NCBI GenBank assembly: GCA_046861655.1
Contig: JBHIAI010000005.1
Location: 1 to 46,097, forward strand
DNA length: 46,097 bases
Direction: 5' to 3'
Source of the DNA: Fidelibacterota bacterium
GTDB lineage: Bacteria; Fidelibacterota; Marinisomatia; Marinisomatales; S15-B10
Shown: one piece after another, positions 27,553 to 34,418 of the stretch
Position numbering within the stretch: position 1 is the first letter of the stretch
Layout of the letters: the number at the start of each line of letters is the position of its first letter
Program-made: the position numbers and the translations under genes
The notes under the pieces: model-generated
What the model saw: the letters and a program-made list of their open reading frames with translations, nothing else
What the model was told of the DNA's origin: nothing
Database searches by the model: none

Positions 27553-29055
27553 TCAGGTCGTCTTCTGCACCACCTGCTGGTAGGACACGTTCAAAACCTT
27601 GGCGATCTTGGTTTTGTTGTGCTGGTAGGTGGTGAGCAGGAAAGAAAAAAGATCCTCCTCGAACTTCCTGTTTGCTTCCCGCCAGGTCAGGGGAACCAGG
27701 GACTCCACATACTGCTCGAAATAAGTGCTATCCACCACGACGGATTTCCTGGCCTCACCCCGCTTCAGGCCCAGTTTCTTCTGGTACAGGAAGTAGGTGC
27801 GGGTGTCGATGTCCAGGTGTCTGCACATCTGGGGGGCGTTTTTCGACCGTTCGAGGTGTAGATTCAAGAGGCTCTTCCGGAAGATATTCCGGATTTCCTT
27901 CATGGTTTTGTCTTTGGCAAACCGGAATACTTCCTTCTGAATATCGGGGCGGGGGAGAGGTTGATTTCTCTCCAGAAACGTCACGTACGACGTCAGGAGC
28001 TTCTCCCTGTACCCCAGAATGGGGAGCCCCATCCGGACTTCCTGGAGCAGCTCCTCGTATCCCAGGGAATAGAAGTGGTCGGCCAGGGCCAGTTCTCCAA
28101 GGTTTTGATGACACAGCCCCAGTTTGTAGTAGTCCTCAAAGGCCATGTCCCTGATTTCATACCGGGTGGTAAGCTGCAGCGATTGACTGTGGTACTTGAT
28201 GGACTCCCTGTAGTCACGATTCTCAAACTCCAGATAGCCAAGGTTCTGGAGGGCCAGACTCATATCGTACGCGGGAAGATCCTCCATCAAAAGGTCCTGG
28301 AACAGATTCCTGGCTTCTTCAATCCTGCCCATGTTGATGAGCAGCCACCCCTTGTCATTGGTGGCGGCAAACTCGTGCTTCGTGAGATTGTGTCTGGTGG
28401 CTAGGTCCATGGCTTCCTCAATGTATTCCATCGCCTTCCCGAATTCCTTCTGGTCGATATTGATCGAACCCATGTGCCTCACCACAGCTCCCAGACGGAC
28501 ATAGTTTTCTGTCTCCTGGTAGTGTCTCCTGCACTTCTCAAGCACCGATAAAGCTGACTCGGGAGACGAGTATTTCTGAGACAGTCCCTTGAGGGTGGTG
28601 ATCCGCCACTTGAGATTATCATGCGTGGCCATCTGTGAGGCCGCGTCGAGAACGGCCAGCGACTCTCTTATGTATCCAAGCTTCCTTAGAAGATTTGAAA
28701 GACTTAAGAAAACATACGCCTTTGAGTCATCCGATAACTCCTCATCAAGGGCCTTGTTGAAAGCCGTTATGGCCTTCCGGTAATTCCCGTTGAACGCATG
28801 AACACCTGCCAGACAGGCCCAGGCAATGCCCCTTTGGTCCGGAGACTTCAATTCGGGAATATGCGCAAGATCATCCAGAGCCCCCTCGGGCGAGACCAGG
28901 TTGAGACCGTAAACCTCCTCAGTCTTCTCCAGGTACTCGTCCGTCTCAATCCTGCCGATCAACTCTTCCTCGGTAGGTACTTCCTTCACCGCAGGAAAGA
29001 GGTTTCTCACGTCGCGAGGAATCACATTCTCAGATCGAATCTGCTGTGATTCCAT
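27553..29055 (-). CDS. TPR-repeat protein with two C-terminal Fis-like HTH modules (putative ligand-sensing regulator)
   Basis: TPRs (WACLAGVHAFNG, ALQNLGYLEF, YYKLGLCH); TMKEIRNIFRKSLL..NAPQMCRHLDIDTRTYF and TWREANRKFEEDLF..NKTKIAKVLNVSYQQV resemble HTH_8; GGAGG SD; no signal or TM. Confidence 0.8.
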   Translation of the reverse strand: MESQQIRSENVIPRDVRNLFPAVKEVPTEEELIGRIETDEYLEKTEEVYGLNLVSPEGALDDLAHIPELKSPDQRGIAWACLAGVHAFNGNYRKAITAFNKALDEELSDDSKAYVFLSLSNLLRKLGYIRESLAVLDAASQMATHDNLKWRITTLKGLSQKYSSPESALSVLEKCRRHYQETENYVRLGAVVRHMGSINIDQKEFGKAMEYIEEAMDLATRHNLTKHEFAATNDKGWLLINMGRIEEARNLFQDLLMEDLPAYDMSLALQNLGYLEFENRDYRESIKYHSQSLQLTTRYEIRDMAFEDYYKLGLCHQNLGELALADHFYSLGYEELLQEVRMGLPILGYREKLLTSYVTFLERNQPLPRPDIQKEVFRFAKDKTMKEIRNIFRKSLLNLHLERSKNAPQMCRHLDIDTRTYFLYQKKLGLKRGEARKSVVVDSTYFEQYVESLVPLTWREANRKFEEDLFSFLLTTYQHNKTKIAKVLNVSYQQVVQKTT

Positions 29056-29356
29056 TACGGTTTCCTCCAGAATTTCACAGGTCTATTCCGTACAATAATT
29101 TCCGAAACGACGTTCTTCATAAACAAGTGCTCATTTCCCGACGAATAACCTCCAGTATCAAACATCTCTTCTGTGAATATCGGGAAGAAGAATATAATCA
29201 TCAAGAATAAATACTCAGCCGTCACCGGTGGTAATCTCCCTTGTAGAACAAAGAAGGTTTTCGTTCATGTGCGCGCACGGAACGTAAGGGTCTACCGGAC
29301 GGTCTAGAACTCCGGCCCGGTGATCCCGGGAAAGGCTTTCAGCGACTTTATCAGGG

Positions 29357-29398
29357 GGTAGTAAGAGTCCCGGTGCTGACCCGGGAACTCAGACTACC
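29357..29398. other. stable hairpin downstream of the peptide gene
   Basis: ggtagt/actacc, gag/ctc and tcccgg/ccggga nested stems. Confidence 0.5.
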
Positions 29399-29445
29399 AC
29401 TTCTCGCTGCTGCCGGACATGGTGGAAGGGTTGTGTTTTATCAGA

Positions 29446-29595
29446 CTACTCGTTCTCATTGGTCCCTGATTCGTTCTCGTTGGTCCCAGATAGGATCCCT
29501 TGAGATGGATCGCTGGAAAGTGGAATCGCGACATCGGTGCATCCAAGAGTCCCGAACAGGAACAGCCCCAAGGTAAGGATGATTCTACCTTTCAT
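29446..29595 (-). CDS. 49-aa exported (lipo)peptide with tandem C-terminal SGTNENE repeat
   Basis: AAGGAGG SD 5 nt before ATG; MKGR + hydrophobic core + TLGC; 21-bp repeat whose 3 differences are all synonymous. Confidence 0.85.
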   Translation of the reverse strand: MKGRIILTLGLFLFGTLGCTDVAIPLSSDPSQGILSGTNENESGTNENE

Positions 29596-29889
29596 GATAC
29601 CCTCCTTTTTTGTTTTGGGATACCAAAAGTTATCTGGAATCGATAAGATAATCAAGAACATAGAACATGAAATCACATACGATAGTATATCTGAACTAAG
29701 AAAAATTCTTAATTTAATCGTCTATTGTACAATTCCCCTGGAATGGCTCGTCTCCGGCTCCGTCGGCCGAAGGCCGGTCAGATTGGCAATCAAACAGAGG
29801 GAAAGAGGGTTGGGTTAGGAAGAGGGCGTCGTCCGTGAGCTACCAGGCCCGGAGGGCCGAGCGGTTGCACACGGGAGGAATCGGTGGCC

Positions 29890-30894
29890 CTACGGTTTTA
29901 CCTTTACGACCCGGTCGAAGATTTCCGCCGGCACCATCCGTCCTCGAATCAAGGGGTACATTTCCCGGGTCATCTCCTCCCACAGCTTGCGTTCGCCGGG
30001 GTCAAGGTCATGGACCTGCAGGCCGTGTTGTTTCATGACGTCCACCGCTTTACGGGCCTCGGAGATCAGATCACCGGCCCTTTTTTCGCCCTGGTGGATC
30101 CCGTTCAGGATCACCTGGCGTCTATCCTCTGGGATGGACGCCCAAACGTTCCCGTTCATCACCAGACCCACGGTTACGGGAATCCACCTCAGGTTCAGCA
30201 TATGGGGGGCCAGGGCAAACCACTGGTACCCGAGCACCACCAGGGGCAGACCGGAGACCGCATCGATCATGCGGGTCTGAAGGGCGGGGAGGACATCGGT
30301 AAAGGCCAGGGGAACGGGGTGAAACCCGGCTTTTCTCCACAATTCCACCGAATGATAGTTGCCCGCCCATGAAAAGATTTTCATCTTTCTCAGATCGTCC
30401 GGTGTGGCGACCCGGTCCCGTGAGAAAAGATACACCCATCCGATATTCAGCCAGCTCAAGAGTTTGATCCCGTTGTCCTCCAGCTCCCCCGCAACGACGG
30501 GAAATAGGTCACTCTGAATAGCGGCCAGCTGCTGGAAGGATTCCACCATCAAAGGAACGTAGAAAACCTTCATGGATGGACTGAGTTCGCCCAATCCTTC
30601 CACGGAAATCACAGCGGCATGGATCTGGCCGATCTGCATTTTCCGGATCATATCCCGTTCGTCTCCGGCCACGCCCCCGGGATAGATCCGAAGCGTCAAT
30701 TCTCCTGCGGTCTGCCGTTCCCATTCCTGCCCCATTTCCATGAGGAGTTCGTGCCAGGAGGACCCCTGGGGGGCCAGGGTGGCCAACTTGATCACCTGAC
30801 CGTGAAGTCCCGCCGCCAGAAAGGCGGCCAGACACAAACCAGGAGCGGCATACCCTTTTCTTCTGAACCGGAGCACGCCCCCAAATATAGGCAC
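29890..30894 (-). CDS. dctP: TRAP transporter substrate-binding protein (DctP, TatP-like)
   Basis: IKLATLAPQGSSW, YPGGVAGDERDMIRKM, PDDLRKMK, LQTRMID. Confidence 0.9.
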   Translation of the reverse strand: MPIFGGVLRFRRKGYAAPGLCLAAFLAAGLHGQVIKLATLAPQGSSWHELLMEMGQEWERQTAGELTLRIYPGGVAGDERDMIRKMQIGQIHAAVISVEGLGELSPSMKVFYVPLMVESFQQLAAIQSDLFPVVAGELEDNGIKLLSWLNIGWVYLFSRDRVATPDDLRKMKIFSWAGNYHSVELWRKAGFHPVPLAFTDVLPALQTRMIDAVSGLPLVVLGYQWFALAPHMLNLRWIPVTVGLVMNGNVWASIPEDRRQVILNGIHQGEKRAGDLISEARKAVDVMKQHGLQVHDLDPGERKLWEEMTREMYPLIRGRMVPAEIFDRVVKVKP

Positions 30895-30947
30895 AATCCC
30901 CTTAGATTTCGGGTGTTCATGATGGTGCTAGGCCCTATACTTCCGGT

Positions 30948-32024
30948 GTGAGAGAGGTACTGGGGTACCCGTGGTTGGCTTATCTTGGCCTGATCCTTGC
31001 ATCGGTGTCCGTGACCACCTCTGAATCCCAGAAGATCCGCAATGACGAGATCACGATTGCCCTGGGTGGGGATGTCATGCTGGGACGACTGATAAATCAG
31101 ACCATGTATCACCAGGGTCCTGGGTACATCTGGGGTGATTTGATCTCCATTCTGGAAGGCGCTGACTTCACCTTTGTCAATCTGGAGTGTGTGATCGCCC
31201 GCAGCCTGGAACCGTTCATTCCCGAACGGGTGTTCTATTTCCGGGCCGATCCCGTCCATGCCAGGACCCTGTCCCTGGCCGGTGTCGACGGGGTAAGTCT
31301 GGCCAACAATCATGCCCTCGACTTCCGGGGTGACGGTCTTCTGGAAACGATGGATCATCTCGACCGCCTGGGCATCGTCCATGCAGGTGCAGCAGAAAAC
31401 AGGAGCAAGGCTTCAGCACCCGCGGTGGTGGAAATCAAGGGCATCAGGATTGCCATCGTGGCCTTCGCCGATCATTTCCGGGAGTACGGAGCCACTGAAC
31501 AGTCACCCGGGATCAACCTTATCGACGTTTCCCTGGATGCAGAAACCCTGGGGCGGTTAGAGAGGGTCATCGGCAGAGCCAGGGGTGAGGCTGACCTGGT
31601 TATTTTTTCCATTCACTGGGGCCCCAACATGCGGCAGGAGCCCACCCGTGAATTCATCCATTTTGCCCGGGCCGTGATGGACCTGGGTGCAGACATTTTC
31701 CATGGACACAGTGCCCACGTTTTCCAGGGAATTGAGGTGTATGGTGGTAAGGTCATTCTCTACGATTCTGGGGACCTTATCGATGACTACGCTGTAGACC
31801 CCGTCTTGAGAAATGATCGGCAGATCCTGTTCCGTTTGTCTGTATCCTCCGCTGGACTGAAAGGGTTGGAATTAATCCCCATCGTGATCCAGAACATGCA
31901 GGTTAACCGGGCGACCGGGGACGATTTCGAGGCCATCCGCAGGCGAATCGAGTTCCTCTCCAGACCCTTCGGCACACGAATTGTTCCCAAAGGGGATCGA
32001 TTATGGATTCCTCTTCAGGAATGA
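30948..32024 (+). CDS. CapA/PGA_cap family metallophosphoesterase
   Basis: GDVMLGR, NLE, LANNHALD, SIHWG, GHSAHV. Confidence 0.92.
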   Translation: MREVLGYPWLAYLGLILASVSVTTSESQKIRNDEITIALGGDVMLGRLINQTMYHQGPGYIWGDLISILEGADFTFVNLECVIARSLEPFIPERVFYFRADPVHARTLSLAGVDGVSLANNHALDFRGDGLLETMDHLDRLGIVHAGAAENRSKASAPAVVEIKGIRIAIVAFADHFREYGATEQSPGINLIDVSLDAETLGRLERVIGRARGEADLVIFSIHWGPNMRQEPTREFIHFARAVMDLGADIFHGHSAHVFQGIEVYGGKVILYDSGDLIDDYAVDPVLRNDRQILFRLSVSSAGLKGLELIPIVIQNMQVNRATGDDFEAIRRRIEFLSRPFGTRIVPKGDRLWIPLQE

Positions 32025-32152
32025 GGCTGTGTCGGGGAGGATCTACTGTCACACCCACATGGTGGCGGTAGAAAAGCCGGGGATATTATCTTCGGGATAG
32101 CTAAACTCTCCTGGAAGTAACAGAAGGGGGGTGTCGAGAAAAGGAGGCGGAC

Positions 32153-32668
32153 ATGGATATCGTTGCATGGGTGAACCTGATTCATATTCTTACGGCGGTG
32201 TTCTGGGCAGGGGGTGTCATAATGCTAGCCTGGTTTATCAACCCCGCCGCGATGGCGTCAGGTCCGCAAGGGCAGGGATTCATGAGGGAATTGACCCAGG
32301 GAACCCGGATGGTCCTGTTCCTGACACTTTCTTCCTATCTGGCCATTCTGTCAGGCTTTTATCTGTACTGGGTGTTTTCCGGGGGATTGGATCCTGAATG
32401 GTTTTCCTCGGGAAAGGGAATCGCAGAGACGATCGGTGGTGTGGCCGCTGTGGGGGCCTTCCTTGAGGGCCAATTGGTTGCCCGACCTGCGACCCGGCGC
32501 ATGGGTGCCCTCGGAAGCGAAATCCAGGCAGGGGGAGGGACACCCAACGAAGAACAACTGAACAGAATGATGGGTCTTCAGGCAAGGATCACCCGGGGAG
32601 TCAGGTGGACAGCCATCCTGCTCATCATCGCCCTGGTGGGCATGGCTTTTGGGAGGCGCCTGTTCTGA
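32153..32668 (+). CDS. four-TM membrane protein of unknown function
   Basis: AAGGAGG SD; IHIL..VFWAGG first helix; four hydrophobic segments. Confidence 0.8.
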   Translation: MDIVAWVNLIHILTAVFWAGGVIMLAWFINPAAMASGPQGQGFMRELTQGTRMVLFLTLSSYLAILSGFYLYWVFSGGLDPEWFSSGKGIAETIGGVAAVGAFLEGQLVARPATRRMGALGSEIQAGGGTPNEEQLNRMMGLQARITRGVRWTAILLIIALVGMAFGRRLF

Positions 32669-32683
32669 GAATACAGTAACATT

Positions 32684-32712
32684 TTGACAAATTGGTCGTG
32701 GGTTCATAGATT
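32684..32712 (+). promoter_or_regulatory. sigma70-type promoter
   Basis: TTGACA-N17-TAGATT upstream of 32736. Confidence 0.65.
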
Positions 32713-32735
32713 TACACCACAGGGAGGGTTAGAAA

Positions 32736-33356
32736 ATGAAAGAAAAATCCGGTATGTGGTTCGCTTTTCTCGGCATAGGTCTTGTGTTACTCCTTCCGAT
32801 TCACGGAGACCTCCTGGGGCAGGGCGCCGTCAGCGTGAACAAGATTGTGATCGCTAAAGACGTCTCGGACCGTACGCCCGTTGAGCCAGGAACCGAGTTT
32901 ACTTCGGACGTAGGCGAACTGTACTGCTTCACCGCGGTCAACAATCCCGGTGATCCTGTCACTATCACCCATGTCTGGAGCCACGAAGGTGAGGTGAGAT
33001 CCCGGGTGGATATGACCATAGGGACGTCCCCCAATTGGCGGGCGTGGAGCGTCAAGACCATTTCTCCCGAATGGACCGGGTCCTGGACAGTCTCCGTGGT
33101 GGACGCGGCAGGGTCAGAGATTGCCAGCACCGATTTTGCTGTAACGGGGATGGAGATGGCGCCAGAGGCTCCTGAGGCGGAAGAGGTAGAGATGCCCCAG
33201 CCCGAGGCCCCGGAAATGGAAGAAGCCCCCGCTCCTCCGGAGGAGCCCGTGATGCCTGAGCCTGAAGCGGTCGAAGAAGAGGAAATGGCCCCTGAAGAAG
33301 AAGCTGTCCCAGCTCCGGAAGCCGAAGCGGAACCCGATACAGCGGCCGGGGAGTAA
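32736..33356 (+). CDS. DUF2914-like exported protein with acidic Pro/Glu tail
   Basis: Signal peptide; LYCFT..ITHVW..WRAWS.K..GSWTVSVVD; low-complexity E/P/A/M tail. Confidence 0.82.
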   Translation: MKEKSGMWFAFLGIGLVLLLPIHGDLLGQGAVSVNKIVIAKDVSDRTPVEPGTEFTSDVGELYCFTAVNNPGDPVTITHVWSHEGEVRSRVDMTIGTSPNWRAWSVKTISPEWTGSWTVSVVDAAGSEIASTDFAVTGMEMAPEAPEAEEVEMPQPEAPEMEEAPAPPEEPVMPEPEAVEEEEMAPEEEAVPAPEAEAEPDTAAGE

Positions 33357-33635
33357 TACATAACTTTAAACAACCGGGACCTCAACCGGACATCCACTGC
33401 CGGTCTGAGGGTTTGTGCACCGGTGCGGCAGCTCAATAGCCTGTGTTTCTCTATCCGTTCTCTTTTCAGGAAAAGCCCCCGGATTTCCCTTCCTGGATGA
33501 CCTGAACGGGAAGATCCTGTAGGATAGACACCGACAGCCTCTTGCAAGGGGCTCCTACCGCAATTTCAGGTTTCATCTGACAATACCTGAGCGCTGAACT
33601 CCGTACGTTACATCGTAAGAAAAGGAAATAGACGC

Positions 33636-34268
33636 ATGATTCGAGTTCTCATCGCGGACGACCATGCTATCGTACGGAGGGGTCTGAGGGAGCTTCTGGG
33701 GGAAACCTCGGATATCCAGGCAACCGCAGAAGCCACGAACGGACACGAAGTCCTGGAGAAGGTCCGCGAAGATGATTTTGATGTTCTTCTTCTGGATATC
33801 AGCATGCCGGGGAAGAACGGCATCGACGTTTTGAAAGACTTGAGAGCAGAAAAACAGGCGTTGCCCGTGTTAATCCTGAGCATGTATCCTGAGGAACAGT
33901 ATGCGGTCCGGGCGCTCAAGGCCGGGGCGTCAGGCTACCTCGCCAAGGACGTTGCCCCCGAGTCTCTCATCGATGCCATCCGGAAAGTACATTCAGGAGG
34001 CCGGTACATCACTTCCACGCTCGCCGAGAGACTGGTCTTGGAGCTGTCCACACAGAACAGGAAGGATCTACACCTCAGGTTGTCAGATCGGGAATACGAA
34101 GTGATGCGCGGGATCGCGTCAGGAAAGACCGTTTCGGAAATCGCCACGGACCTGTCCCTGAGCACCAAAACAGTGAGTACCTACCGGGACCGGACCCTGA
34201 AAAAAATGGGCATGAAGACGAATGCCCAGCTTACCCACTACGCCATCAGCCGGGGACTCGTGGGATAA
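33636..34268 (+). CDS. NarL/UvrY-family response regulator (REC + LuxR HTH)
   Basis: ADDHAIVR, LLDISMPG, LSDREYEV, LSTKTVSTYR. Confidence 0.95.
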   Translation: MIRVLIADDHAIVRRGLRELLGETSDIQATAEATNGHEVLEKVREDDFDVLLLDISMPGKNGIDVLKDLRAEKQALPVLILSMYPEEQYAVRALKAGASGYLAKDVAPESLIDAIRKVHSGGRYITSTLAERLVLELSTQNRKDLHLRLSDREYEVMRGIASGKTVSEIATDLSLSTKTVSTYRDRTLKKMGMKTNAQLTHYAISRGLVG

Positions 34269-34346
34269 TCTTACCCGGGTGTAGGCCGTTTCCAGAGTCA
34301 CCTGGAACCCGGTCTGCGGCCACATCCACCTTCTTTCACAATCGAG

Positions 34347-34375
34347 TTGACAGAAAACGGGGGGCATGCTATATT
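34347..34375 (+). promoter_or_regulatory. sigma70-type promoter of the TonB receptor cluster
   Basis: TTGACA-N17-TATATT with TG extension. Confidence 0.75.
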
Positions 34376-34418
34376 GAAAAACCGAGGGCCATGTGACTCT
34401 AAGCAAGGAGGGGACGTT

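Noticed and set aside
29215..29268. Minus-strand mini-ORF MNENLLCSTREITTGDG sharing NEN with the peptide repeat
   Set aside because: No SD, no signal sequence, and a three-residue match is compatible with chance
29537..29818. 93-aa plus-strand ORF in the AT-rich region
   Set aside because: Overlaps the better-supported minus-strand peptide gene and its promoter; no SD or recognisable domain
30948..32024. CapA as evidence of poly-gamma-glutamate capsule synthesis
   Set aside because: No capB/capC nearby; stand-alone CapA-family phosphoesterases are widespread
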